In this document: in pieces, positions 50,154 through 60,118 of the stretch
Layout of the letters: every line of letters begins with the position of its first letter
Numbering within the stretch: position 1 is the first letter of the stretch
Assembly: GCA_963933835.1 (NCBI GenBank)
Contig: CAWVVV010000001.1
Span: 96,001 to 160,000 of the forward strand
Length of the DNA: 64,000 nucleotides
Reading direction: 5' to 3'
Origin: an uncultured Puniceicoccaceae bacterium
GTDB taxonomy: Bacteria; Verrucomicrobiota; Verrucomicrobiia; Opitutales; Oceanipulchritudinaceae
The notes under the pieces: model-generated
What the model saw: only the letters and a program-made list of their open reading frames with translations
Databases searched by the model: none
What the model was told of the DNA's origin: nothing
Program-made: the position numbers and the translations under genes

Positions 50154-51143
50154 ATGAGCAAGACTCCCATTCGCGTCGCCGTAACAGGTGCAGCCGGCAA
50201 CATCGGCTATGCCCTCCTCTTCCGCATTGCCTCCGGGCAGATGTTTGGTCCTGACCAGCCAGTCGCCCTAAACCTGATCGAAATCGAGCCAGGCATGAAG
50301 GCCCTCGCGGGCGTCGTGATGGAACTCGATGACTGCGCCTTTCCACTCCTCACCGATGTCGTGGCCACGGCTGATCCCAATGAAGGCTTCAAGGATGTGA
50401 ACTGGGCGCTCCTCGTCGGCTCAGTCCCGCGCAAGCAAGGGATGGAACGCGCCGACCTCCTCGGCATCAACGGCAAGGTCTTTGTCGGCCAAGGCAAAGC
50501 GATCGAAGCCAACGCAGCGAAAGACGTTCGCGTCCTCGTCGTCGGCAACCCGTGCAACACGAACTGCCTCATCGCGATGAACAGCGCTCCGTCGATCCCG
50601 AACAATCGCTGGTTTGCGATGACCCGCCTCGACGAAAACCGCGCCCTCACTCAACTCGCCCAAAAAGCCGGTGCACCCGTCTCCGAAGTGAAGAACCTCG
50701 CTATCTGGGGGAACCACTCACCGACGATGTATCCAGATTTCTACAACGCGACGATCGCAGGCAAGAATGCCGCCGAATCCATCGGTGACGAAGCATGGCT
50801 CAAAGAGACATTCGTCCCAACTGTTGGCAAACGTGGCGCCGCGATCATCGCCGCACGGGGTGCATCCAGTGCAGCCAGTGCAGCCAACGCCATCGTCGAC
50901 ACCGTGGTCTCTCTCACCACCCCAACACCTGACGGCGAGTTCCACAGCGTCTGTGTCTGCTCAAAGGGCGAATACGACGCACCTGAAGGCCTGATCACGA
51001 GCTATCCGATTCGCAGCAATGGCAGCGACTGGGAAATCGTCAAAGGCATCGAGCTCAATGACTATGCGAAAGCACAGATCCAAGTCAGTATCGACGAACT
51101 CAGCTCCGAGCGCGAAACCGTCCAAGGTCTCGGTATTCTCTAA
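50154..51143 (+). CDS. mdh: Malate dehydrogenase
   Basis: [48 protein letters not shown]. Confidence 0.97.
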   Translation: MSKTPIRVAVTGAAGNIGYALLFRIASGQMFGPDQPVALNLIEIEPGMKALAGVVMELDDCAFPLLTDVVATADPNEGFKDVNWALLVGSVPRKQGMERADLLGINGKVFVGQGKAIEANAAKDVRVLVVGNPCNTNCLIAMNSAPSIPNNRWFAMTRLDENRALTQLAQKAGAPVSEVKNLAIWGNHSPTMYPDFYNATIAGKNAAESIGDEAWLKETFVPTVGKRGAAIIAARGASSAASAANAIVDTVVSLTTPTPDGEFHSVCVCSKGEYDAPEGLITSYPIRSNGSDWEIVKGIELNDYAKAQIQVSIDELSSERETVQGLGIL

Positions 51144-51167
51144 ATCATTACACAGCTATATCTTTGC

Positions 51168-51200
51168 AACGCCGGCCCGAAATGGGTCGGCGTTTTTTTT
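51168..51200 (+). terminator. Terminator after mdh
   Basis: AACGCCGGCCC-GAAAT-GGGTCGGCGTT plus T-tract. Confidence 0.85.
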
Positions 51201-51307
51201 GGGCATTTTGCGACAGGATTGACGTATTGGGGCGCGCGAAGGGGTATCAAAGCACGGTCCTCAGACCGATTTTCGCATCGGAAACTGAACTGACTGAAAT
51301 CGCGTCT

Positions 51308-51384
51308 TGGAGGGATGGGCTCCTGCCCGTCCGCCTGAGACCCAGGGCGTACGCCTTGCGGTCCGACAGGAGCCGGACCCTCCA
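51308..51384. repeat. GGAG-type REPIN-like hairpin, copy 5
   Basis: Reverse complement is nearly identical to 48035-48110, including the loop. Confidence 0.85.
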
Positions 51385-51504
51385 ACTCAGCAGGCCGAGC
51401 CGTGTTGGCCTGTCCAGTCGAATAAATGCAATCCAACATCAGGTGCTTACGATAAAATCGCCAGCATTCTTGAGCATATTACTACAAGCTTCTCGCAAAA
51501 TGCG

Positions 51505-52440
51505 CTACCGCCGAAGAATCAGAAGCAAAGGCCGTGTATCCGCTTTTGAATACCGACGCGGTGATTGATTATTATCGAGCACGACGTAAAAATACTCGGC
51601 ATCAACTGCGAGTCCCTCGGCCATGCCGTAAAGCGTATCGCGATAGCCCCAGCGATCATCAGCTAGGATTTCAGTAAAGCTCCAGCTCACGACGCCCTCG
51701 GTCCAGCCAGACTGAGTTCTTACGAGTGTTGTCACCATTTCTCCATTACGAAACAGGACGTAGAGTCTATCGTCATGAAAATCGGCTCCGGTGAAGTCGG
51801 GGATACGCGTCAAGGTCAGGTCACCGTAGAACCGCGTCTTCGGCATTTTTTCTGCACCGACGACAGTATTGTCTAACAGCTCGATCCATCCACGAGGTTG
51901 GCGCTCGGCGAGAAAGAAGAAATGGTCGTCGTCCAAGAGGGTCATGCCTTCGAGACCCCCATTGTGCACTTTGAAGAGGCCCGCATCCTCGCCTTCGGCC
52001 TGGACCGTCGGCGTCACCCACTCAGAGCGACCATCGCCAAATACCTGTAAGACACGCGCAAAGCTTTCGCTCAGCAGATAGAAGCTATCTCCTGGGCCTG
52101 AGATGATGCCTTCCAGATCCAAGAACGCGTCTGCGGCGCCCTCCGGCTTAGCGAATTGGATATGGGGCTCAAAAGTCGCACTCTCGCCGTCACGGACGAT
52201 TTTGAAGATCATATCGTCGGTATCATCGCTGACGCTGTAGAGTTCCCCTTCCTTTAAGCACAAGCCAGACGGCTCGATCGCGATAGCGCTTTCGATGGGC
52301 AAGATGGCCACAGGATCCAGTTCCACTACCGTGCCCTGCTCTCCTTGGATACCGTAACATCCAGCCAAGAGGCTCAACACACAGGCAGTGGAAATCAGAC
52401 GGTGGAGCTTAAGCTTCGATGACATTGCGTGAATCTTCAT
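51505..52440 (-). CDS. Lipoprotein, SdiA-regulated/beta-propeller-like
   Basis: LLAG-C lipobox; EPSGL, DLEGI, GLEGM and AEGL repeats. Confidence 0.65.
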   Translation of the reverse strand: MKIHAMSSKLKLHRLISTACVLSLLAGCYGIQGEQGTVVELDPVAILPIESAIAIEPSGLCLKEGELYSVSDDTDDMIFKIVRDGESATFEPHIQFAKPEGAADAFLDLEGIISGPGDSFYLLSESFARVLQVFGDGRSEWVTPTVQAEGEDAGLFKVHNGGLEGMTLLDDDHFFFLAERQPRGWIELLDNTVVGAEKMPKTRFYGDLTLTRIPDFTGADFHDDRLYVLFRNGEMVTTLVRTQSGWTEGVVSWSFTEILADDRWGYRDTLYGMAEGLAVDAEYFYVVLDNNQSPRRYSKADTRPLLLILRR

Positions 52441-52474
52441 GTATATAGGTTTCCAACTTTCCGGCGGCTAAAAA

Positions 52475-53686
52475 TCAAAACGGCGGGCGCGTCGCACGAA
52501 CTTCTCTCCTTGGGAAGCAGATCCGCGACACGGCTGCCTCAAAGTCTTTTACTCCCGAGAGGATTTTAATTTCAACCCGTAGATAGTAGACATCACAGGC
52601 CGGCTTCCAGGCATCTGGCAGGCGCACGGCGTCCTTCTCAGTCGTCACGATCAAGTCGATTTCACTTTCGAGGGCCGTTGCTTCAAGCGTCTCCAGTTCA
52701 TCATTCGTGAAGCGGTGGTGGTCCATGTAGCTACGGCGATGGATAATCTCAGCTCCCAACTCCTCAACGAAGCGCTCGAAACTCTCCGGCACCGCGATCG
52801 CGCTGAAGGCAAGCACCCGTTTGCCCGCTAGAAAAGACAGCGGCTCTTCTTTCCCATCACTGACCCGGCTGAGAAATTGCGGGGCGTGGCGGCACTCGAT
52901 CAGATCCACATCGGGACGATAACGCCGAATCGTCGCCTCCAGTTCGGGATCCGGCTGCCCATCTGATTTCGTAAGGAAGACATAGCTCGCTCGTCGCATG
53001 TGGCTGATCGGCTCCCGCAGCAATCCGCGTGGAAGCGTCGCTCCATTTCCAAACGGGTTACTCTTATCAATGAGTAAGACCTGCAAATGATCCTGAAGCT
53101 TAAAATATTGAAAGCCATCATCGAGAATGAGCGTATCGCACCCATACTCGGTGATCGCGAAGTGGCCTGCTTTGACCCGATCACGATCGGTCAGAACGAC
53201 GACGCCAGGCAAATTCTTCGCGAGCATATAGGGTTCGTCGCCCGCAATCTCGGCGTTGAGAAGGACATTTTTCCCATCGCTCACTTCGCGGGGCTTTTCC
53301 GGCTCCTGGTGGGTGAGCCACCGCCACCACTTCCTAAAGGCGGGCTCCTTCTTGCTCTTATAACCTCGGCTCAAGATCGCGACACGACGCCCGCGATCAC
53401 GCAGACTGCGGGCAAGTTTTTCCACCACAGGGGTCTTGCCCGTCCCTCCAACGGTCAGATTTCCGACAACGATGACCATGCACCCGAGGTGAGAGGCGCG
53501 CATGATCCTTGCGCGGTAGAGGCGCTGCCGCAGCTTTACCACGACCCAGAAAATGCCTGAGAGCACCCTGAGAAAGGCTGCCAAGAGCCTCGCAACGCCG
53601 TCTCTACGCCGATCATAGATCACGTCGACGGCCAATTTCTCAAATAGCTCTGCCTTGCTCGGTTTCTTCGCGGCTGGGTTTTCCAT
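52475..53686 (-). CDS. lpxK: Tetraacyldisaccharide 4'-kinase
   Basis: [47 protein letters not shown]. Confidence 0.96.
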   Translation of the reverse strand: MENPAAKKPSKAELFEKLAVDVIYDRRRDGVARLLAAFLRVLSGIFWVVVKLRQRLYRARIMRASHLGCMVIVVGNLTVGGTGKTPVVEKLARSLRDRGRRVAILSRGYKSKKEPAFRKWWRWLTHQEPEKPREVSDGKNVLLNAEIAGDEPYMLAKNLPGVVVLTDRDRVKAGHFAITEYGCDTLILDDGFQYFKLQDHLQVLLIDKSNPFGNGATLPRGLLREPISHMRRASYVFLTKSDGQPDPELEATIRRYRPDVDLIECRHAPQFLSRVSDGKEEPLSFLAGKRVLAFSAIAVPESFERFVEELGAEIIHRRSYMDHHRFTNDELETLEATALESEIDLIVTTEKDAVRLPDAWKPACDVYYLRVEIKILSGVKDFEAAVSRICFPRREVRATRPPF

Positions 53687-53860
53687 TCAACTTATCCCCT
53701 GACTTCGCCTCGAATTGAAGAAATAAACAAGCCGTAAAGAACGACTTCGATGTGCAAAGCGAATTGCCCTTGGGCTTTGATAACTGCGAAGACTCAGAGA
53801 GAATTCTTGACTGAGGACCTGCACACCGCCTTAACCGCGACTTCCGCAAGCGTCTAAAAA

Positions 53861-54946
53861 ATGATCCAGTATAAACTCTTCATACCCGGCCCCGTTGACA
53901 TCTCGCCCGAGATTTACGCTGCCATGCAACGCCCTGTCATGGGACACCGCTCCCCTGATTTCGTGGCATTATATCAGTCCGTCCAACCGCGCCTTCAGGA
54001 ACTTTTCGGCACTAAAGACCCCGTCTTTCTTTCGACCTCGAGCGCTTGGGGAGTGATGGAGGGCGCACTGCGTAACCTCGTGCAGAAGAAAGTATTAAAC
54101 GTCTGCAGCGGCGCTTTTTCTGACAAGTGGTTCGATGTCGCTAAACGCTGCGGTTTTGAAGCTGAAGCACTGAAATACGAATGGGGCACACCCGTCGACC
54201 CCGCGGACATCCGAGCCAAGCTCGAGACCGGTGAGTTCGATGTTATCACCGTCATCCACAATGAAACTTCGACCGGAACAATGAATCCGATCGAAGACAT
54301 CATGGCTGTCCTGAAGGATTTCCCAGAGGTCTACAGCGTTGTCGATACCGTCAGCAGCTTCACCGCCCTCAAGATCGACAAAGACGCCCTTGGGATCGAT
54401 GTCATGCTCGCCGGCACTCAAAAAGCCCTCGCTCTGCCTCCGGGCTTAGCCGTCTTCAGTGTATCTGAGCGGGCATTGAAGCACGCCGAGAGCACAAAGG
54501 GACGCGGCTACTACTTTGACTTCGTAGAGTTCCAAAAGAACCACGAGAAGGGCATGACGCCGTCCACCCCTGCGATCCCTCACATCCACGCCCTCGATGC
54601 GCAGCTTGACCGTATCTTCGCCGAAGGCCTCGACGCTCGCTACGCTCGCCATTCTAAGCTCAACGGCCTCGTCCACGCATGGGTTGAAAAGCACGGTCTC
54701 GAGCTCTTGCCACCAAAAGCCTTCGCATCCAAGACCCTCAGCTGTGTGCGTAATTTCGATGAGAAGATCGACCTCAAGGCGCTCAACGCTGCTCTTAAGG
54801 AGCGCTTCGCCTGCGTCATCGACATCGGATACGGAAAGCTCAAAGGCAAAACCTTCCGTATCTCGAACATGGGCGATGAAACCGAAGGGACGATCAGCGG
54901 CTTGCTCGCAAATCTCGACACCCTGCTCGCTGAACAAGGTCTTTAG
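53861..54946 (+). CDS. Class V aminotransferase (alanine-glyoxylate/serine-pyruvate family)
   Basis: FIPGP, HRS, HNETSTG, DTVSS, GTQKALALPPGL, TPSTP. Confidence 0.9.
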   Translation: MIQYKLFIPGPVDISPEIYAAMQRPVMGHRSPDFVALYQSVQPRLQELFGTKDPVFLSTSSAWGVMEGALRNLVQKKVLNVCSGAFSDKWFDVAKRCGFEAEALKYEWGTPVDPADIRAKLETGEFDVITVIHNETSTGTMNPIEDIMAVLKDFPEVYSVVDTVSSFTALKIDKDALGIDVMLAGTQKALALPPGLAVFSVSERALKHAESTKGRGYYFDFVEFQKNHEKGMTPSTPAIPHIHALDAQLDRIFAEGLDARYARHSKLNGLVHAWVEKHGLELLPPKAFASKTLSCVRNFDEKIDLKALNAALKERFACVIDIGYGKLKGKTFRISNMGDETEGTISGLLANLDTLLAEQGL

Positions 54947-55043
54947 TTTTAGAGTCTAAACACTCATACACCTTCCTGCAGCCCCTCACTAACCACAGCC
55001 AATACGCTTTTTAGCGAAGCCTTCTTCGCCTCCCCCATCTTAT

Positions 55044-57545
55044 ATGAAGTCCCTCATCATTACAGAGAAACCTAGCGTTGCCCAAGATGTCGCCAAAGCA
55101 CTCGGCGTCAAAAAATCTGAAGGCATTTTCGAGAATGACGACTACGTCATCGCTCCAGCCGCTGGGCACCTCGTCGAGCTCTTCATGCCTGAGGACATCG
55201 ACAAGAAGAAGTATGGCTTCTGGCAATTGAAGGAGCTCCCGATCATTCCGGACAAGTTCCAGCTCAAGCCAATCAGCGACAAGCGGGGCAAGGATCGGCT
55301 CGATCTTCTCAAGAAGCTTCTTAAGCGCAAAGACGTCGACCAAGTGATCAATGCTTGTGACGCCGGGCGCGAAGGTGAGTTGATTTTTACCTACATCTAC
55401 GAGCTCGCAAAATCGAAGAAACCTTACAAGCGCGTTTGGATGCAATCAATGACGAAGACTGCCATCCTCAAGGCATTCGATAACCTGCGTACTCCCGAGC
55501 AAATGCTGGGGCTTCAAGGCGCCGCACGCAGTCGCTCCGAGGCGGACTGGTTGATCGGCATCAATGGCACTCGTGCGATCACCAAGCGCATGTTTGGCCG
55601 TGCTAAGAATGTTGCTACCGTCGGCCGCGTTCAGACCCCAACACTTTCTATCGTGCTCCGCCGAGAGCTCGAAATCCGAGCCTACAACCCACGTCCTTTC
55701 TGGCGCATCGAAGGTTCCTTCGACATCACCGATGGCAGCTACGGTGCGGTTTACCACAAACCTGAAGTCAGCAAGAACAAGGCCGACGAAGATAAAGCAG
55801 AGCGCATCTGGGACGAAGCCACTGCGAACGAGGTCTTTAACGTCATCAACGGCGCCTCGACCGCCAGTGTCGAAGAAGTCCGCAAGCGCACGCGCAAGGG
55901 TTCCCCTCGCCTCTTCGACCTCACTTCGCTCCAGCGCGAAGCCAATGGCCGTTTTGGCTACTCCGCGAGTCGAACCCTCCAGCTCGCTCAGGCCCTCTAC
56001 GAAAAGCACAAGGTCCTCACTTATCCGCGGACTGATTCCCGTGCTCTCCCTGAGGACTATGTCAGCACGGTCAAAGACACCCTCGGCAGACTCCCCGGCG
56101 AACTGGGTCAAAAAGCAAAACCCATCCTAGACAACGGTTGGGTCAAACCAGACAAACGCATTTTCAACAACGCGCAGGTCAGCGATCACTTTGCGATCAT
56201 CCCCACCGGCGAAAGCTCGGACAAGCTTTCGCCCGAAGAGTCGAAAATCTACGACTTTGTCTGCCGCCGATTCCTCGGGATCTTCTATCCACCCGCTGAG
56301 TTCGACGAAACCCTCCGCACCTCGATCGTCGGTGAGCACAAGTTTATCAGCAAAGGCCTCGTCCTCGTTTCCGCTGGTTACCTCGACGTCCTCGGCAAGG
56401 CTCAGCTCGACCGCGAGCTCCCTGCCCTGACCGATCCAGACAAGGGCTCTGACGGCGGCTACGTCGCTACACCCACCCCTGAGACTTGGGAGGTTCACGC
56501 CGAAGAAACGAAGCCGCCTGCGCGCTACACTGAAGCAACGCTCCTCTCTGCGATGGAAGGTGCTGGTAAACTCGTCGAAGACGAAGACATGGCCGAAGCG
56601 ATGAAGGAGAAGGGCCTCGGCACTCCAGCCACCCGCGCTTCGACGATTGAACACCTTATCCGCGAGAAGTACCTCGAGCGTGATCAGCGTAATCTGCTCA
56701 CAACGATCAAGGCAGAAAACCTCTTTGAATTCCTCAGCGCAGTAAAAGCTGAAGCACTCACCCAGCCCGACCTCACGGGCGAATGGGAACACAAGCTCCT
56801 CCTCATGGAGCAAGGGAAGCTCTCCCGCGAAGAGTTCATGAAGGGCATCCTCAAGCTCACCGAAGACATCGTCGAAAAGACGAAGACCTTCGAGGAAGAC
56901 GAAGGCAATTGCCCTGAGACGAGCATCGTTTCGCCAACCGATAACGAGCGCATGATTGAGACTCTCCGGACCTTCAAATCGAAGGACGGCGAGCTAAGGA
57001 TCTACAAGACAATCGGCAATCGTCGGATGAAAGAGGACGAAGTCCAGACCCTCATCAAAGAGCGCGCCCTCGGCCCTCTCGACGACTTCCGCTCGAAAGC
57101 TGGCAAGCCCTTCTCTGCTATTCTCCGCCTCGATGCGATGAACAAGGTCACCTTTGACTTCGGAAATCCGGAAGATGGCGATGGCGAGCCACTCAATCTC
57201 GAAGAGCTGACCGTCGTAGGCACTTTCCAAGAGTCGGGATCTAAGGTCTACGCTGCCCCATCGGCCTATGTCTGCGAACGCACGGCCGCTGGCGAGAGGA
57301 CGGATAACTTCCGCCTCAGCCGCACAATGTTGAGCAAAACACTTCCTGAAGAAGAAGTCACAAAGCTCCTCGCCGACGGGAAAACAGACCTGATCAAAGG
57401 CTTTAAGTCGAAGCGCACTGGACGCCTCTTCGACGCCTTTCTTATCCTGAAAAAGGGCGGCAAGATCGGTTTCGAGTTTCCACCTCGCCCAGCGAAGAAA
57501 GCAGCCAAAAAAGCAGCCAAAAAGGCCGCAAAGAAGGACGAATAA
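55044..57545 (+). CDS. topB: DNA topoisomerase III
   Basis: TEKPSVA, NACDAGREGE, GINGTRA, GRVQTPT, TYPRTDS, GLGTPATRA; KKAAKK tail. Confidence 0.93.
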   Translation: MKSLIITEKPSVAQDVAKALGVKKSEGIFENDDYVIAPAAGHLVELFMPEDIDKKKYGFWQLKELPIIPDKFQLKPISDKRGKDRLDLLKKLLKRKDVDQVINACDAGREGELIFTYIYELAKSKKPYKRVWMQSMTKTAILKAFDNLRTPEQMLGLQGAARSRSEADWLIGINGTRAITKRMFGRAKNVATVGRVQTPTLSIVLRRELEIRAYNPRPFWRIEGSFDITDGSYGAVYHKPEVSKNKADEDKAERIWDEATANEVFNVINGASTASVEEVRKRTRKGSPRLFDLTSLQREANGRFGYSASRTLQLAQALYEKHKVLTYPRTDSRALPEDYVSTVKDTLGRLPGELGQKAKPILDNGWVKPDKRIFNNAQVSDHFAIIPTGESSDKLSPEESKIYDFVCRRFLGIFYPPAEFDETLRTSIVGEHKFISKGLVLVSAGYLDVLGKAQLDRELPALTDPDKGSDGGYVATPTPETWEVHAEETKPPARYTEATLLSAMEGAGKLVEDEDMAEAMKEKGLGTPATRASTIEHLIREKYLERDQRNLLTTIKAENLFEFLSAVKAEALTQPDLTGEWEHKLLLMEQGKLSREEFMKGILKLTEDIVEKTKTFEEDEGNCPETSIVSPTDNERMIETLRTFKSKDGELRIYKTIGNRRMKEDEVQTLIKERALGPLDDFRSKAGKPFSAILRLDAMNKVTFDFGNPEDGDGEPLNLEELTVVGTFQESGSKVYAAPSAYVCERTAAGERTDNFRLSRTMLSKTLPEEEVTKLLADGKTDLIKGFKSKRTGRLFDAFLILKKGGKIGFEFPPRPAKKAAKKAAKKAAKKDE

Positions 57546-57629
57546 TTTGAGCGGGGTTGAGAAATCACTTTTGAGCCTTGCCTTCACGCAAACGCTTTAT
57601 TTTCTCCTCCCCCTTCTTCGGAAATTTTT

Positions 57630-57706
57630 GGGTTCTTAGCTCAGCTGGTTAGAGCAGGAGACTTTTAATCTCTTGGTCCTGGGTTCGAGTCCCAGAGGAC
57701 CTACCA
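57630..57706 (+). tRNA. tRNA-Lys(TTT)
   Basis: TAGCTCAGCTGGTTAGAGC D-arm, CTTTTAA loop, GGTTCGAGTCC, CCA. Confidence 0.96.
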
Positions 57707-57783
57707 AATTTAATCTGTATCCGAAGAAGCATGCCTCCGGGATATCCTTGGCACATCGCTGCCCCAAGGCGGCGTCATGAACC

Positions 57784-58476
57784 TCAGCTGTCCTGCTGCT
57801 GTGACCACAGATCGCCCCAGCCGACTTCGGCAGGCTCGATAAGGATTGGATCATTGTTACGGACGTTGCCTACCGCAGAGCTCACTCGGTGAAAGGCCAC
57901 TGCATCCAATCGAGGCTTGGCGAGCACGTCGTCAGCATCCGCTTTACTACCGTTAAGCCATGCCTCCGCCGCCTCCGGCTCCAACATGAAGGGCATGCGG
58001 TGGTGCAGCTCTTTAAGTGGCCCTTGAGATTCGCCCGTCAGAATGGTGCAGCTAAACACTTCAGTCCCGCCCTTCTCCCAGCGTTCCCATAGGCCCGCAA
58101 AGGCCATCAGCTCGTTGTCACTTCGGTGAATGAAATACGGCTGACGCATCCCACCGTCGTCCCGCCACTCGTAGTAACCGAGTGCAGGAAGGAGGCAGCG
58201 CTGACCTTTGCGCCATGGATCGCGAAAGCTGCTTTTTTCAGCGACCGATTCTACCCGGGCGTTGAAAGTCGGATAGGTCATTTTTGCTTCGGGTGCCCAG
58301 TGAGGAATCAGGCCCCAGTGCATCGCAGCCTGCCCCTCAGCCAACCAAACGGGGACATTCGTCGTCGGGGCGACATTGTAGCGCAGGTCGAAACCAGCCT
58401 TCACGAGATCATCGATCCGATCCTCCCAACGCCCAGCTTTCACCTTGATGCCCTCCGTCACATAGCGCCCGCACAT
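57784..58476 (-). CDS. SOS response-associated peptidase (SRAP/YedK, abasic-site crosslinking)
   Basis: MCGRY, YNVAP, WGLIP, NARVES, YYEW, HHRMP. Confidence 0.93.
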   Translation of the reverse strand: MCGRYVTEGIKVKAGRWEDRIDDLVKAGFDLRYNVAPTTNVPVWLAEGQAAMHWGLIPHWAPEAKMTYPTFNARVESVAEKSSFRDPWRKGQRCLLPALGYYEWRDDGGMRQPYFIHRSDNELMAFAGLWERWEKGGTEVFSCTILTGESQGPLKELHHRMPFMLEPEAAEAWLNGSKADADDVLAKPRLDAVAFHRVSSAVGNVRNNDPILIEPAEVGWGDLWSQQQDS

Positions 58477-58628
58477 CCTCTTTCGATGATTGAAGGAAGG
58501 AATGAAGACAAGCGCTTGTTGAGAAGCTCTGCGTTGCCCCTACTGCGGGCGAATTCAAAGGCGAGTCGCCTCGAGCATGTTAGAAATACACTTGAAGCCA
58601 GCGTGTGCTTATTCTAATCAACGACAGC

Positions 58629-59603
58629 ATGGCTGACGTATTTGTAAGTGAATCCTCCTACGCGAAAGGGAAACTGGTCTACGATGCGGAGAATGCAAAA
58701 TCGGGGGAGCTACGCTTCGTCGCCGTTCCAGACGCTGATGAGGAGGCACTGGGGCAGCGGATTCGAGAGGAAGGCGTGCAGGCGTTCATTGCGAGACCGG
58801 TCGTTTTTTCAGGGCCCTTGTATGAAGCGCTCGGAGACGGTGGGATCATCGTGCGCTTCGGGGTCGGTCACGACGGGATCGACAAGGCGAAGGCCAAGGC
58901 CTGCGGCGTTAAGGTCGCAAACACGCCGGGCTGCCTCGAGAACGCGGTCGCGGAACAAGGGTTGTGGTTGATGGGATGCCTTGCTCGGGGGCTTGCACAG
59001 CTGATGAGTTCCACCGCGAAGGGTGAGTGGAAACCGAGCAGAGGGTTCGAACTGCGCGGGCGCACGCTAGCGATAGTGGGCTTCGGGAGGATCGGTCGAC
59101 GATTGGGAGAGATTGCAAATAACGGCTTTGGAATGGAAGTGATCGGTGTAGGGCAAAGGCCAGCCAGCGAGGTGGAAAAGTGCTCATTTGCGCGTTACAC
59201 GAATGACCTCGAGGGAGCGCTCGCGGAAGCGGATTTTGTAGCGGTGTGCGCGGCGGCGACGGACGCTACGCGACACCTCGTAGACGCGACGTTTCTCGAA
59301 GCGATGCGGACGAGCGCGTATCTCGTCAACCTGGCGCGGGGAACACTCGTGGATGAGGCAGCGTTGTTCGACGCTCTCGAACAAGGCGGTATCGCGGGAG
59401 CGGGGCTCGATGTTTTCATGGAAGAACCCTACGCGCCAGTCGATCCAGCGCGGGACCTGCGGACGCTGTCGAACGCGATCATGACACCGCACACGGCGAG
59501 TTACACAGTGGAGGCAAACGAGGCCATGGCACAGATGACAGTGGAGACAGTGCGAACAGCCCTCCTTGGTGATGCGAACGACCTGAACAATCTCGTGTGC
59601 TAG
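58629..59603 (+). CDS. D-isomer-specific 2-hydroxyacid dehydrogenase
   Basis: RFGVGHDGID, GFGRIG, NLARG, GLDVF.EEP, TPHTA. Confidence 0.9.
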   Translation: MADVFVSESSYAKGKLVYDAENAKSGELRFVAVPDADEEALGQRIREEGVQAFIARPVVFSGPLYEALGDGGIIVRFGVGHDGIDKAKAKACGVKVANTPGCLENAVAEQGLWLMGCLARGLAQLMSSTAKGEWKPSRGFELRGRTLAIVGFGRIGRRLGEIANNGFGMEVIGVGQRPASEVEKCSFARYTNDLEGALAEADFVAVCAAATDATRHLVDATFLEAMRTSAYLVNLARGTLVDEAALFDALEQGGIAGAGLDVFMEEPYAPVDPARDLRTLSNAIMTPHTASYTVEANEAMAQMTVETVRTALLGDANDLNNLVC

Positions 59604-59719
59604 TCCTCCAGTCTACTGAAGCGCCCCGCTCAGCGAACGCCAGCGGGTGAGGCTTTATCCAAAACACTTGCCGCACGATGCATTCGGAGGTCGCCACTAT
59701 CAATGAACCGGTCACCTTC

Positions 59720-60038
59720 TGCCGATCTCTTACGCGATGAGAAAGGTCTTTTCCGCGACCTTCGCACCCCGAGTTTGGCCATATCGCTCCGCCTAGTTCT
59801 TCTTCCGATTCTATTTCTGCTCCTTGCCCGGTTTCTTCCCTGGGCAAGTGACGAACTGCGCATTGTCATCGTCCTGCAGGCAGCGATGCCAAGTGCGATT
59901 CTGCCCCTTGTCATTAATCGTCACTACGGTGGGCACAACCCAACCGCGGTCCTGGCCGTTCTCAGTACGACACTCTTGGGACTCCTGACTATCCCCTGGT
60001 GGATCAGTTTCGGCTTCAACTGGATCCTTCCATCCTAG
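59720..60038 (+). pseudogene. C-terminal remnant of an AEC (auxin efflux carrier) family transporter
   Basis: LRLVLLP...LQAAMPSAILPLVINRHYGG...STTLLGLLTIPWW; the N-terminal two-thirds is absent. Confidence 0.75.
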
Positions 60039-60118
60039 AGCAATCTGCTTCAATCTTCTCGCGGAATGCTCTAGAGCTCTGGCTTGCGTTTCACGCCCCG
60101 ATCGTTGCTTTCTTCAAT

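Noticed and set aside
51140..51568. Short ORFs between mdh and the lipoprotein gene (also 48034-48264, 18151-18720, 20592-20879)
   Set aside because: They are translations of terminator and REPIN sequence, not credible proteins.
57630..60038. Intact prophage or integrative element at tRNA-Lys (or tRNA-Leu)
   Set aside because: No integrase or phage genes, and I saw no duplicated tRNA 3' end.
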